Positions 1 to 10,252 of a stretch of 64,000 nt of DNA are shown piece after piece. The notes below the pieces were generated by a model. That model was not told the DNA's origin and did no database searches. It saw nothing but the letters and a program-made list of their open reading frames with translations. Each line of letters begins with the position of its first letter. Position 1 is the stretch's first letter. Source of the DNA: a virus. The stretch spans positions 1 to 64,000 of IMG/VR virus record IMGVR_UViG_3300045988_109843; one strand, written 5' to 3'. A program made the position numbers and the translations under genes.

Positions 1-158
1 CAAAACAATTTCATGTTTTCGACTTAGGAATTGATTGTATATACTTTACCACAAAGGTGGGTTTATTTCAAGGGGCTTCATATAAGTCTATATAATTTAA
101 TATTTGACGATATATCGCACACTGCATTTTACTGAATTGCCGTTTTGTTTATACAGTC

Positions 159-1382
159 TCATATAACCTCATGCAAGTTTTGTGAAATTGGTGTAGTAAT
201 TGGTGTAGTAGAAGACGTACTTTTTTCGGCAAAATTTTTTACAAATTCTTCAATAGACGCATCTTTGAAGACGTGCGCGTATACTTCTAGCGTGATTTTG
301 CTAGTAGAATGCCCCATGAAATATTGGACAGCCTTAATATTCATACCCGACTGAATCAGTCTTGAGCAAAAAGTATGACGAAACGTATGAGGGGTAATAT
401 GGGGAAGTGGATCTTCTGGATACATCTTGTTATAAGACTTCGTCAGAGATTTTATAAACGATTCGATATCTCGTGCTTGCCGCACTGTATTATACTGCCC
501 TGGAAATAAAAACCCACTTCTTCCATCAATAATAATATCGTTATCCGATTCGTGCCTTTTATCAATGACATTTTTAAAAGCATTTTTAGCCATCGGGGAT
601 AGTGGGATAATTCGGTTTCCGGCTTTGGATTTTGGTTTTAAAATAGTACGGTTCCCGCCTTTAGCTCGATAAATTTGATGGTCTATTTTTAGTATCCCAG
701 AATCCAAATCCACATCTTTTTCAGTCAATCCGCAAAACTCACTTGCTCGAATACCAGTTTCATAAAGAATCACAATATCATCAATACGTTTACGATAGAA
801 CCCATTGTTTTGCATGAATTCTAAAAGACTGTTGTATTGTTGATTCGTTATGATTTGTTTTTCTTTCGTATTACGCGGAATAACTTTCGACAATTTAAAA
901 GCAAAAGGATTTCTCGCGACTAAACCGTCCTCGTATGCGGCTTGAAAAGCGCATGATAAAATCGCACGATAATCGTTTACGCTGTCATAAGCAAGGCCAT
1001 TTTCGTAAAGCCCCTTCACCCACAACTTGGCATCAAAAACAGTTGTATTAGCGACCAGTCTACTTCCTATCGGATCGTTTTGTAGTCTCCTAATATAACT
1101 AGCATTTCTTTCAGCCGTTCTAATTCCAAGAGCATGAATTCTAGTATCGTTGTATCGCTTGACAAATTCATAAACAGTTAATTTAAGAGTATCGAAATCA
1201 GAGCCGCTAAGAATAGAATCTTGAATTTTCTTTTCTTTTTCTCTTAGCTCCTTCAAATCCCCAGCGTATACTGTGTGTCTCTTCCCCGCTCGATCTGTCC
1301 ACCGATATTGATACAACCCATCCTTTCGCTGGCTCTCACCTTCTTTTAGAACTTTTCCTTTGCTATCTTTTCTTCTTTCCAT
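159..1382 (-). CDS. tyrosine-type site-specific integrase (phage integrase family)
   Basis: 407 aa. C-terminal catalytic signature ...HTFRHTF...GHSTSKITLEVYAHV (R-H-R-Y box). Lies at the window edge. Confidence 0.85.
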   Translation of the reverse strand: MERRKDSKGKVLKEGESQRKDGLYQYRWTDRAGKRHTVYAGDLKELREKEKKIQDSILSGSDFDTLKLTVYEFVKRYNDTRIHALGIRTAERNASYIRRLQNDPIGSRLVANTTVFDAKLWVKGLYENGLAYDSVNDYRAILSCAFQAAYEDGLVARNPFAFKLSKVIPRNTKEKQIITNQQYNSLLEFMQNNGFYRKRIDDIVILYETGIRASEFCGLTEKDVDLDSGILKIDHQIYRAKGGNRTILKPKSKAGNRIIPLSPMAKNAFKNVIDKRHESDNDIIIDGRSGFLFPGQYNTVRQARDIESFIKSLTKSYNKMYPEDPLPHITPHTFRHTFCSRLIQSGMNIKAVQYFMGHSTSKITLEVYAHVFKDASIEEFVKNFAEKSTSSTTPITTPISQNLHEVI

Positions 1383-1643
1383 AATAAGCTCCTTACATTA
1401 TATAAAGAGCTCCAATGTGACACCTTGATTATATCACACTGGAGCCGATGTTTCAAACGGAATATGCCTGTTCTATGTATTTTTCAAAGGCTTTTCGCTT
1501 TATCAGCTGTTTTCTGCCTACAAATATTACAAACGGACAGTTTTTCTCTTGAAGGAGCTCTCGTATCTTGCATTGTCCAATATTAGAATAGGCAGCTGCT
1601 TCCTCTATTGTTAGGGCAACTTTCTCCTAAATCGGGACTTCTT

Positions 1644-2471
1644 TCATCCAATCACCTCCTCCAGCTTGTGATCTCCATACTTTGCCACACATACATTATA
1701 AAGTAGCATGGCACGTGTCATAAGGCCAACTCCGCCGATACGAGGTGTAACTTTGATATCTTCCATCTCATAAATATCGTCAGCACAGTCGCCGTGTTGC
1801 TTTCCATTCTCGTCATAGTTGATGCCAACATCGATGCAGACTTCAACCCGATCAAGACCAAACGGTGTGATAAAGTTGCGCTTGCCCACAGCAGAGATAA
1901 TCACATCGACCATTTCAAATCCAAGAGCAGTGGCTTTCATGGCGGAACCTGTGCTGTTCACAGAAATCACATTACAGTGCCGCTTAATCAGCATATCAAC
2001 CAGCGGACGACCAACAATATCAGATTGACCGCATACAAGCACATTTTTGCCATCCAGATCGTAACCGATGGAGTCAAAAATCTTCATAACGCCAAGCGGA
2101 GTACATGGCTGAAATGGAGATGTAGTATTAAAACCATCAACATCAACTGCGTCTGGAATATAGATATTTTTGGGATTGATATGTTTTGGCAGCGGGAGCT
2201 GAACAATAATACCGTCTACATCTTCCCAATTATAATCTTCCAGTATTTTGTTATTTAATTCATCCTCCGTAATATTTTCTGGCAATTTGATAAGTTCTGC
2301 TTCGATTCCCACCTCTTCACAGTCACGCAGCTTGCCACGGATATAAGCATTAGACGCAGGGTTGTCCCCTACTTGATAAATATATAAAACAGGAGCGTAG
2401 TCGGTTTCTGCGATAATATTCTTGATTTTATTTTTGATATCTTGTGCAATAGATTTGCAATCAATAATCAT
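1644..2471 (-). CDS. folD: bifunctional 5,10-methylene-tetrahydrofolate dehydrogenase/cyclohydrolase FolD
   Basis: 275 aa. Collinear with E. coli FolD: YxxQVGxNPAS, DVDGF, PCTP, GxSxIVGRP, DVGIN, TPxxGGVGxMT. Confidence 0.9.
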   Translation of the reverse strand: MIIDCKSIAQDIKNKIKNIIAETDYAPVLYIYQVGDNPASNAYIRGKLRDCEEVGIEAELIKLPENITEDELNNKILEDYNWEDVDGIIVQLPLPKHINPKNIYIPDAVDVDGFNTTSPFQPCTPLGVMKIFDSIGYDLDGKNVLVCGQSDIVGRPLVDMLIKRHCNVISVNSTGSAMKATALGFEMVDVIISAVGKRNFITPFGLDRVEVCIDVGINYDENGKQHGDCADDIYEMEDIKVTPRIGGVGLMTRAMLLYNVCVAKYGDHKLEEVIG

Positions 2472-2500
2472 TGTAAACCTCCTTTATAAGAATCCAAGTT

Positions 2501-2911
2501 TTATAAGAATGTCTGAAATAGTTTCCTAAGATCTGCGCTGAGAGCGTCATTTTCAAGATACGATGAAGAATTCAATCTGAACTTTCTGTACGGAATGTTT
2601 TCAGATGATAGATAAACATCATAATTGATGTCGTCCATTATGAAGGATTCATTAGTGACAACTTTGGCGGTCGGTAAAAAACATTCAAGTAATGAAATAT
2701 CATAATTGAAATACTGACAAAGAGATTTACCAAAATCATCAATATCTGGAATCTTCTCATTATCGATATAGTCCCAAATATATTTTATTCCAGTTAGACC
2801 ATCTTTTATAAGGCCATCCGTTTTTACCATTTTGTGTAGGTCTGTATCAATCAAAATAAATCTACTATAGAATCCAGAAAATCCTCCATTAGACTGTAAA
2901 AGCAGCTTCAT
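2501..2911 (-). CDS. hypothetical protein
   Basis: 136-aa ORF, co-directional and tightly packed. No recognisable motif. Confidence 0.5.
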   Translation of the reverse strand: MKLLLQSNGGFSGFYSRFILIDTDLHKMVKTDGLIKDGLTGIKYIWDYIDNEKIPDIDDFGKSLCQYFNYDISLLECFLPTAKVVTNESFIMDDINYDVYLSSENIPYRKFRLNSSSYLENDALSADLRKLFQTFL

Positions 2912-3099
2912 ATGTTTTCCCTTTTATACTCACTACTACTATACAGAATATTTCGTAGCTGATTGATAAAATCATCCACAACGCATTCACTGCAATCTAA
3001 ATTAACCGTGCACATGCCACAGCTATCAGTATAATGGTGCAGTAGATTTTCGATTGATCTTTTATAATATTCTGTTTGGTCTTTATAAAACCCTAATTC

Positions 3100-3396
3100 T
3101 TAAAAAATAAGCTTACGCTGATATTTATTTAAAACTTCCTGAATCTCATCAACAAAACTTTCAACAGCAGAATCTGCTTTTTCTTTACGATATTCTTCTA
3201 CAGAATCTATATCAACGTCAATATTGATTTCATCATTATGGTATGGCTCGCCAGTCAAATCGACTCCATAGTTGATTTCATCGAACGGAGTCTCATACCA
3301 GTTACCGTTTTCTCTATTAACAAACCCAAAAGTCAATTCGGTATTTTCATCATAGCCTATTTCATTCAGCTTTTTGATAAGCTCCACAACTTTCAT
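3100..3396 (-). CDS. hypothetical protein
   Basis: 98-aa ORF, acidic, co-directional. Confidence 0.5.
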   Translation of the reverse strand: MKVVELIKKLNEIGYDENTELTFGFVNRENGNWYETPFDEINYGVDLTGEPYHNDEINIDVDIDSVEEYRKEKADSAVESFVDEIQEVLNKYQRKLIF

Positions 3397-3450
3397 CTCT
3401 TACACCATCCTTCGATTCTCTCACACGCTCTGCAAATTGCGTCAAAAAAG

Positions 3451-3834
3451 TCAACTCTCATCTGCATCAGGAACAGTTTGAAGTACGCTCTCCGATTCTT
3501 TGCGAGCCACCAATCGTTGTTTATATTCTTTGTTAGCGATTTTTTCCTGCTCATGTAAAGCAAGTCCTTTCAGCCAGTAGGATGGACATTCATAAATTTT
3601 TTCGAGGGTGTTTGAATCGCAAAAGTGCTCTCGATCTCTTTTGTTGTAATCGTAATATCCAATAAACGACAGACCATAATCGCTTATTACAACGTTATCT
3701 TTTAAAAGAATCGGACGTTCATCACAGACCTTGACCCAACCTAGGAAGTCTTTGCAAGATTCTGCGCAACTATCTCTTGTTTGCTTCTTAAAAGCGCATA
3801 CTTCTTTATGTAGACATTTACTGCAAATAGCCAT
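3451..3834 (-). CDS. hypothetical Cys-rich protein (start trimmed to MAICSKCL...)
   Basis: Track ORF 3451..3990 overlaps the next gene by 173 nt. The internal Met at aa 53 leaves a 17-nt overlap. Cys cluster CSKCLHKEVC...CAESC. Confidence 0.4.
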   Translation of the reverse strand: MAICSKCLHKEVCAFKKQTRDSCAESCKDFLGWVKVCDERPILLKDNVVISDYGLSFIGYYDYNKRDREHFCDSNTLEKIYECPSYWLKGLALHEQEKIANKEYKQRLVARKESESVLQTVPDADES

Positions 3835-4228
3835 TTTTTCTCGCTTTCCAGCAGAAATTCTCTGCCCAATCATAAAATAGTTTTGGAATGTCTCGTACAC
3901 AAGAAACAACTTCTTGAAGCAAGGTATTATTAGGCTCGTCCTCACAAGGCTCTTTGTAAATACAATTCCATTTGTATTCCCATAGTTCAACCGTATTGTT
4001 GTCTGACGTACTGATCTTCACGAAAATAGAATGAAGCTTGTCGTTTACACTTACGGAAGCATGACAATTTTCTTGTTTGAGAGGCCACTCATTTATTTTT
4101 GCGAATAAATCAAATGCCTTATCAACTGCCATTTCAAACAATGCTTGCTCGTCAGAAGACATACATATTCGTTCTGTATCTCCATCATGCAGAAGATTTA
4201 GTTCCCAAACTTCCATTACGTTCACCAC
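3818..4228 (-). CDS. hypothetical protein
   Basis: 136-aa ORF, co-directional. Confidence 0.45.
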   Translation of the reverse strand: MVNVMEVWELNLLHDGDTERICMSSDEQALFEMAVDKAFDLFAKINEWPLKQENCHASVSVNDKLHSIFVKISTSDNNTVELWEYKWNCIYKEPCEDEPNNTLLQEVVSCVRDIPKLFYDWAENFCWKARKNGYLQ

Positions 4229-4485
4229 ACTTTAAAACATACATTTTATTCATCAAAAATCTTATTCCTAGGCATTATATTAAGATCAAGATTCGGCACC
4301 ATACTAACAGCACAACCGCATTCAGGGCATTTAGTTTAATAAAGAAAAATATTCCCACATGAACTAACCTCCATCACACCATTTGCATCAGACCAAAATT
4401 CACAACCGCAATCACATAAAAATTTATAAGCCAGTTTTTCTGGTTCTTTTTTATGTTTGATAATTTTAATTGCCATAATCATACC

Positions 4486-4758
4486 TCAATCCACAAACAC
4501 AAACGTACTATTAAAAATATCTTGGGAATTTCTTTCTTGAATCATGTTTTCCGCAGATAAAGCAACCTTGATAACTTCTTCATCGGTATGCGTTTCATTA
4601 TATTCTGTCGTGTCGCAGACCTTATAAATCTTGCCTTCATTATCTTGAAGTAATGTTCCCTTACCAAGGTTTAATGAAGCTGTTTTCTTTTCTTCTCGAA
4701 TATGTGCTTTCATACAATCACCTACAATATGCGTGTAAAAAGGCAGATTCTCTTGCAA
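4486..4758 (-). CDS. hypothetical protein
   Basis: 90-aa ORF. Confidence 0.4.
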   Translation of the reverse strand: MQENLPFYTHIVGDCMKAHIREEKKTASLNLGKGTLLQDNEGKIYKVCDTTEYNETHTDEEVIKVALSAENMIQERNSQDIFNSTFVFVD

Positions 4759-5011
4759 GCAATCTCATTCTAATTCCACAAGTGCATTTGCACTCAGGAC
4801 ATTGTATTTCTGCAGGACGCCCTGTATTATCATAATTTCTTACCGTTTCGCTAACAGGTCGTGCCGGTAAAGGCCATACATGAAATTCAGATCTTTTAGC
4901 TTCAAATATACACCCACAAGCGTCACAAGTTACTTTATATATTTTCTCAGAATCTTTTGTCTGGCTCGTTCCGTGTTTTACAACATTCATATTTTTATTC
5001 CTCCCACCCAC
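4718..5011 (-). CDS. hypothetical zinc-ribbon protein
   Basis: 97 aa. CDACGC...CPECKCTCG Cys pairs. Confidence 0.45.
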   Translation of the reverse strand: MGGRNKNMNVVKHGTSQTKDSEKIYKVTCDACGCIFEAKRSEFHVWPLPARPVSETVRNYDNTGRPAEIQCPECKCTCGIRMRLLARESAFLHAYCR

Positions 5012-5027
5012 CCATAAATTTTACCTT

Positions 5028-5351
5028 TTACCAAAATGAATATTTTGTTCTAATTGAGGGTGTTTCTACACTTTTTGCAGGATTTTCCAGCATCGCGGCC
5101 TTCGCTGTGATCTCATCGATACTCTTCTGGAAGTCTTGTAGCTTCTTCAATTCGCTTTTAATATCAACTTTGACTTCAACATTTTCAATAAACCCCATAT
5201 CCTCAAGGCATTTGCAGTAGCCAGCAATCTCGTTGTAGAAGATGTGGTCATACTCTTCCAAAAGCGTATGCTCGTCAAATAGCTTTACTTGCCATGCAGT
5301 TCCAAACGGAGCTTCATTCTCATAATGAGATTCGATAGTGTAATACTTCAT
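5028..5351 (-). CDS. hypothetical protein
   Basis: 107-aa ORF. Confidence 0.5.
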   Translation of the reverse strand: MKYYTIESHYENEAPFGTAWQVKLFDEHTLLEEYDHIFYNEIAGYCKCLEDMGFIENVEVKVDIKSELKKLQDFQKSIDEITAKAAMLENPAKSVETPSIRTKYSFW

Positions 5352-5363
5352 TATGTATTCTCC

Positions 5364-5675
5364 TTACTTGATACCGTACTTAGCTTTAACCCTCTTTAAA
5401 ACATCAGCTTTTTCAGAATAACAGTCGCGAGCCGCATAATAATCGGCCATCTTTTCAGCCAGAATTCGCTTTGCTTCACCTTCTGCTACGTCAGCATCTG
5501 CCAACTCATTATTCAATTGATATCCACTTGCCTTGAGACCATCAACAAAACCATCAATACGATCTTTCTTAACCGACTTTTCTCCTACCGCACCAGTCTC
5601 AGTGTTAAACATTTTCACAATGGAATCAGTTCCGCCTACAATAGAGTAAACATAAAAATACTTAGCCATAATCAT
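5364..5675 (-). CDS. hypothetical protein
   Basis: 103-aa ORF. Confidence 0.5.
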   Translation of the reverse strand: MIMAKYFYVYSIVGGTDSIVKMFNTETGAVGEKSVKKDRIDGFVDGLKASGYQLNNELADADVAEGEAKRILAEKMADYYAARDCYSEKADVLKRVKAKYGIK

Positions 5676-5688
5676 TTTCTCCTTTTAT

Positions 5689-6222
5689 TTACTGCTTTCC
5701 GGTACTTCCAAACCCACCGACTCCACGCTCAGTTTCGTCCAATTCAGAAACTTCTTCAAAATCAGCCTGCCAGAACGGAACAACTGCCATCTGAGCAATG
5801 CGGTCACCATGAGTAATCATTTGAGGAATATTGGAATAGTTGTGGAGAGGAATAATGATCTCTCCACGATAATCCTGGTCTATGATTGGCACGGCGTTCA
5901 CGGGTGCAAGACCCTGCCTAGTGGAAAGACCGCTGCGAGCGAACCCTTGAATGTACCAACCTTCCGGCGGAGCCATCCGTAACCCAGTGTGTACCTTAAC
6001 GGTCTCATGCGGCTGAATCATAATACAACGATCACCATTCTTGTTTACCATCGTTGCGTCATCAAAACCAATATAAGCGTACAGGTCTGCACAAGCAGCG
6101 TTTTTTGAGCCATAAGTCGGCAGATGAGCATCTTCGTGCAGTTTATTGATTTTGATGTTTGGACGATACGGCAACCGACTCATGCCGTAACCAAGATTAG
6201 TAGTTGCATTTCCCAAATCCAT
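5689..6222 (-). CDS. dCTP deaminase / dUTPase-family protein
   Basis: dUTPase-fold motifs ...AACADLYAY..., ...IIDQDYRGEIIIPL... Start trimmed to MDLGNA (6220-6222) to avoid a 74-nt overlap with nrdG. Confidence 0.7.
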   Translation of the reverse strand: MDLGNATTNLGYGMSRLPYRPNIKINKLHEDAHLPTYGSKNAACADLYAYIGFDDATMVNKNGDRCIMIQPHETVKVHTGLRMAPPEGWYIQGFARSGLSTRQGLAPVNAVPIIDQDYRGEIIIPLHNYSNIPQMITHGDRIAQMAVVPFWQADFEEVSELDETERGVGGFGSTGKQ

Positions 6223-6223
6223 A

Positions 6224-6754
6224 TTATTTTCCTTTCTTATCTTCTGGAGTCCACCAAAGAGTTGGCTCTTTATACCCAAGACTCCAACTAATATCAATTA
6301 CTCGTTGGTTCTTACTTCCCATATATGGAAGTGAAATATCTTTTTCTGCTTCAATAAAAGGACCATCTACAAGGATGTTGATGTCAGCAAGAATGTCAGC
6401 CACAAGTCCATCCTGATTCCACAATTCTTCCCACTTGTATCCAGTCCAGAGCCAGACGTCTTTTTTGTTTAGAAATTCAGTCCACACACGATGGACGATT
6501 TTCTCAACAGCTTCTCTATTCTCCGGCAAGAGTGGATCCCCACCAGTAAGTGTAAGCCCCTGAATATAATCAGGTCGAAGTAAATCTATAATTTTATCGA
6601 GCGTTTCATCTGTGAATAGCTGACCACCATTCGGGTCCCATGTAGTAGGATTCTGACAGCTGGGGCAATGGTGATCACAACCCTGCACAAAAAGTGTGAC
6701 GCGCACCCCTTCGCCATTCGCTATATCACATGGAACAATTTTAGCGTAGTTCAT
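6224..6754 (-). CDS. nrdG: anaerobic ribonucleotide reductase activating protein NrdG (radical SAM)
   Basis: CDIANGEGVRVTLFVQGCDHHCPSCQNP = CxxxCxxC radical-SAM cluster typical of NrdG. Start taken at MNYAKIVPCD (ATGA overlap with the next gene). Confidence 0.85.
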   Translation of the reverse strand: MNYAKIVPCDIANGEGVRVTLFVQGCDHHCPSCQNPTTWDPNGGQLFTDETLDKIIDLLRPDYIQGLTLTGGDPLLPENREAVEKIVHRVWTEFLNKKDVWLWTGYKWEELWNQDGLVADILADINILVDGPFIEAEKDISLPYMGSKNQRVIDISWSLGYKEPTLWWTPEDKKGK

Positions 6755-7029
6755 TTTCCAACCTCGATTAAAAGACCGCAGAACGGGCAACGATTATAGC
6801 CAAGGCTTTCTGGCGACTCTTGTCCTTTAATTCCGCCACCACAATAATTACACACCCATGCCGAGCTCTCACAATTATCTACGAACTCAAATACAGTTGT
6901 TGGCTGGCGATCTACTTGAAAATCAATAACTCGTTCAACATCTTTTAGAGTTTTGATATATCCAAGATTTCCTTCCAGCAAAAGACAATCTTTTAATCTA
7001 TCAGCATTAACCAGTTTCATGTAGTTCAT
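6751..7029 (-). CDS. hypothetical zinc-ribbon protein
   Basis: 92 aa. CNYCGG...CPFCG. Confidence 0.4.
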   Translation of the reverse strand: MNYMKLVNADRLKDCLLLEGNLGYIKTLKDVERVIDFQVDRQPTTVFEFVDNCESSAWVCNYCGGGIKGQESPESLGYNRCPFCGLLIEVGK

Positions 7030-7230
7030 TTAAAACACCACCGTCCACATACTCGCACATACGATAATAAAAATATTCGTCGCAATACAGCCATACATTC
7101 CGTTCTTCCTATCACCTCGGAAAATATATGTAGAGGTATCATACAGAATCTGTTCAGAGCGAATCATAGCTGCTGTAAAAATCAAAATAATATAAGCCTT
7201 GGTCATAAGCCAAACAATCTCAGTCAGCAT
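7030..7230 (-). CDS. small hydrophobic membrane protein
   Basis: 66 aa, two hydrophobic segments. Confidence 0.35.
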   Translation of the reverse strand: MLTEIVWLMTKAYIILIFTAAMIRSEQILYDTSTYIFRGDRKNGMYGCIATNIFIIVCASMWTVVF

Positions 7231-7507
7231 CGATTAACACCTCCTCGATAGGAATAATCTGACCATCAACGTAGTAGCACATCTGACCGTGCTCATTATA
7301 ATAAGGGCACATTCCAAATCTATACTCTCGATAGTACATAATCTTGGTATCTTTATCGTATACAAGTGGAGTGTCACGAATTTGATAACACCAGTTAAAA
7401 TTTCCAGTTTCAACATTGCCATTAGTGTCAGTTTCACAAGAGCATCCAGTCAGCATAATCGCTGCCAGAAGTATGCATACAGCAGTATTTTTGAAAGTCT
7501 TAAACAT
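7220..7507 (-). CDS. putative lipoprotein
   Basis: 95 aa. Signal peptide followed by lipobox LTGC. Confidence 0.5.
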   Translation of the reverse strand: MFKTFKNTAVCILLAAIMLTGCSCETDTNGNVETGNFNWCYQIRDTPLVYDKDTKIMYYREYRFGMCPYYNEHGQMCYYVDGQIIPIEEVLIDAD

Positions 7508-7535
7508 ACCTTTCCTTTCTGTTAAAAGCGGAATT

Positions 7536-7874
7536 TTAGTTATTATCTTCTAATGGTCTCCAACAATCTGGTCTTTTAATCTCATCGCAATCATGGTCAA
7601 ACCATCGACCATCAAACGAGATAAATCCGATTGATGTATGGCCATCTTTGAATTTTACTTCAACGTCATCAGAACACATCACAGATGGACTCACATACGG
7701 AGTTTCGATTGAAACTTTACGCCAGCGTTTATTGTCGTCCTCTGGCCAGTCGATTCTAGCTCCGCAGTTACCACAGTAACCATTACGGTTACCATCTTCG
7801 TTATAAAGGTACTCACCACTGCCACAGCATTGGCAAGCGATAATACCATCTTCTGCAAAAGGATTGTTAATCAT
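7536..7874 (-). CDS. hypothetical Cys-rich protein
   Basis: Start trimmed to MINNPFAEDG, giving an 8-nt overlap with the upstream gene. CQCCGSG...CGNCG. Confidence 0.45.
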   Translation of the reverse strand: MINNPFAEDGIIACQCCGSGEYLYNEDGNRNGYCGNCGARIDWPEDDNKRWRKVSIETPYVSPSVMCSDDVEVKFKDGHTSIGFISFDGRWFDHDCDEIKRPDCWRPLEDNN

Positions 7875-8121
7875 TTTTAGCCTCGATTTCTTTCCATCCA
7901 ATGAAATCACAAATACAAAGCTTCTCTGGATCACACCGATGAAGCAGGAATTTGTTCTGTCCAGAAAGCCTAGACCCGCTAGACACTTCAACGGGTTTAC
8001 ACCCATCTTCAAACATTCCTGAAAGAGTCCATTTCTCAGCAATAGATAAATCAACATCATTTTTAATGATATCGCGATTGCATCCACGGCATTTAAAGAT
8101 TTTTACGTATTTCTTTTCCAT
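7867..8121 (-). CDS. hypothetical zinc-ribbon protein
   Basis: 84 aa. CRGC...CDPEKLCIC. Confidence 0.45.
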   Translation of the reverse strand: MEKKYVKIFKCRGCNRDIIKNDVDLSIAEKWTLSGMFEDGCKPVEVSSGSRLSGQNKFLLHRCDPEKLCICDFIGWKEIEAKND

Positions 8122-8122
8122 G

Positions 8123-8542
8123 TCAATCTACCTCAGTACCCTTATCATTGTAAGTGTCGTTTTTCATATCATCAAAGAAAGATTCATAATCAAACCACTT
8201 ATCCTCCAAAATGTTGCCGATAATTTTTACTGTACTGCCCCATCCTTTAGTTGCTACACGAACATACTTACCTTTCATGTTCTCGTACTTATCACAGCCA
8301 ACAGTGTCCATGATTCTCATGATGGCTTCCATACCAGAAGCATAACCTTTAAAGTTTTTTGCTCCTACATATCCTTTACCAAGAACATATCCTCCATAGC
8401 AAACGCCCCATCCGTGACCATCCAACGTCAAATCGGAGGTCAAAACTCCATGGTCTGCCATACTAAGACTGACATTTCTGATTTCTGCATTTCTGATCTC
8501 GTAGCCTTCTGCTTCAAGCAGCTTTTCTGTCCACTTCTTCAT
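8123..8542 (-). CDS. hypothetical protein
   Basis: 139-aa ORF. Confidence 0.5.
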   Translation of the reverse strand: MKKWTEKLLEAEGYEIRNAEIRNVSLSMADHGVLTSDLTLDGHGWGVCYGGYVLGKGYVGAKNFKGYASGMEAIMRIMDTVGCDKYENMKGKYVRVATKGWGSTVKIIGNILEDKWFDYESFFDDMKNDTYNDKGTEVD

Positions 8543-8609
8543 TTTGCCTCCTATTATTTAACATATCTACGTTATAAATTTGATGAAATTTTACGATAAA
8601 ACGGCACTT

Positions 8610-8825
8610 TTATAAAGCACTCCAATAATCAGTATATGAAAGTCGAGCGCTCACGTCTGGTTCGTAAGTAGCAAACAGATGCTCACGATGCCATTGACCG
8701 CGTACATACTGAATTGCTTCATACTCGCTGTCGGCGGGCACCTCATAGTATGAAAAACTACGGTCACCATTAGCCATCAAATACGATAGGCTTACGCCAT
8801 ATATACGTGTTTGTCCGTAATTCAT
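8610..8825 (-). CDS. hypothetical protein
   Basis: 71 aa. Confidence 0.4.
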   Translation of the reverse strand: MNYGQTRIYGVSLSYLMANGDRSFSYYEVPADSEYEAIQYVRGQWHREHLFATYEPDVSARLSYTDYWSAL

Positions 8826-9034
8826 TACTCGTCCCTCTTTTTACGATACATTATAACAGTATACGGTTCATAACCATCTTCTTCCGTCCAGTCCAAACTA
8901 AAACCAGCACGTTGGTAGACTTCCATCTCAATTTGTTTTTCTGTCATATTGTCATCAACATAGAATTCAAAATTACAGTCTTCAAATCCTTTTGCTTTTA
9001 GAACTCCTGTAATTTTTTTCATAATGTACCCCAC
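8825..9034 (-). CDS. hypothetical protein
   Basis: 69 aa. Confidence 0.4.
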   Translation of the reverse strand: MGYIMKKITGVLKAKGFEDCNFEFYVDDNMTEKQIEMEVYQRAGFSLDWTEEDGYEPYTVIMYRKKRDE

Positions 9035-9163
9035 TTTTCTCTACCACATGTATCACATACAAAGTGCCATTTATCATGCCAGCTATGATTGCTGTCATAG
9101 AGCATCACACCACCACATCGGCTGCACTCAGGAAGGAACCAACGTAGTAGACGTTTCAAGAAC

Positions 9164-9520
9164 TTAATCATTCTTACTCTTTCTCCACAATCCGTACTTT
9201 TTCATAATCTCGAAGAAGTCTTCCATAAGAGCATCGGCCATCTTACCAGGTATTTCAGGAAGATCTAGTCCAAAATCTCTAAAAGCACAGTGTAGGCAAC
9301 CCCATGGAGTTAAGGCGAATTTTTCATAAAAGTCATCTTCAGGATTGTTTTCTTTTGAGTCCAACGTATTCGTCTCGTACTCAAACTGTCTCACTTCATC
9401 CTTGGTGAGCCATTTCTGCCACTTACCGCAAACAGAGCAATACAGACCAATCTGGCTACCTTTGCTCTGGATAAAGAAAGATTTACTGTCACACTTACAT
9501 TTGAAGTCCATCTCAGCCAC
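9164..9520 (-). CDS. hypothetical zinc-finger protein
   Basis: 118 aa. CKC...CSVCG...CLHC. Confidence 0.45.
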   Translation of the reverse strand: MAEMDFKCKCDSKSFFIQSKGSQIGLYCSVCGKWQKWLTKDEVRQFEYETNTLDSKENNPEDDFYEKFALTPWGCLHCAFRDFGLDLPEIPGKMADALMEDFFEIMKKYGLWRKSKND

Positions 9521-9707
9521 CTGCCTTTTCTACATTCTGAACCATGCAGCTCGTACCGGGATGAGATTTTTCAAAACGATAATGTGCTTTATTCATAGCA
9601 TCATTCTGATCCTGTGCTTTGACCATATATGTATTGAATGCCTGATGTCCATCATCATAGTACATTACTTCAACAGACCAATAATCCATAATACTCCTTT
9701 CATGCAA
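9513..9707 (-). CDS. hypothetical protein
   Basis: 64 aa. Confidence 0.35.
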   Translation of the reverse strand: MHERSIMDYWSVEVMYYDDGHQAFNTYMVKAQDQNDAMNKAHYRFEKSHPGTSCMVQNVEKAGG

Positions 9708-10215
9708 CTTTTACTTCAACCGTACAAATTGTATCGTTGTGCCATCCGCCATGCGGGACTAAAAGAATGCGAGTGATTTCAAATCCATACTTGCGCCCTA
9801 TGCCACCGGAGTTCCAACCGAATGTAATGACCTTTCCGCCGGGCTTTACAATTCTTGAGATTTCCTTCTTTTGGTTACCCCAGAATGATGCCCGTGTTGT
9901 TTCGCTCGTCACATTCATACCGACACCCTGATAACACTCTGTTACCTGACGCGGAGAATATGGCGGATCATATAACACACCATCGACAGATTTATTTTGA
10001 AATGTTTTCAAGAAGTCGAGTGCATCCATGTGGTAGTCTGTATCAAAATCTGGATTCAAGTCATTCGTAATAGCTGCTAATTTATTTTGATTCGCAAACG
10101 GGTCAATCCATGTCCCATTGGTTAGTTCTGATTGAATCAATTCTTTAATAGGCTTGATATCAAATGTATTCTTGTTTGGCATCGCCCACCGTCTTTGAAT
10201 GTCTATGTACATCAC
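9700..10215 (-). CDS. putative DNA N6-adenine/N4-cytosine methyltransferase (DPPY motif)
   Basis: 171 aa. VLYDPPYSP (motif IV) is preceded by a degenerate IDPFANQN motif-I-like segment, a Dam-like order. Small for a methyltransferase. Confidence 0.5.
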   Translation of the reverse strand: MMYIDIQRRWAMPNKNTFDIKPIKELIQSELTNGTWIDPFANQNKLAAITNDLNPDFDTDYHMDALDFLKTFQNKSVDGVLYDPPYSPRQVTECYQGVGMNVTSETTRASFWGNQKKEISRIVKPGGKVITFGWNSGGIGRKYGFEITRILLVPHGGWHNDTICTVEVKVA

Positions 10216-10252
10216 ACCCTTTCATGCCACCACACCCACCCTGCTAGTTTAT

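Noticed and set aside
1-158. Prophage attachment site adjacent to the edge integrase.
   Set aside because: No tRNA or recognisable direct repeat lies in the 158 nt available, and the other junction is outside the window. It cannot be decided here whether the phage is integrated.
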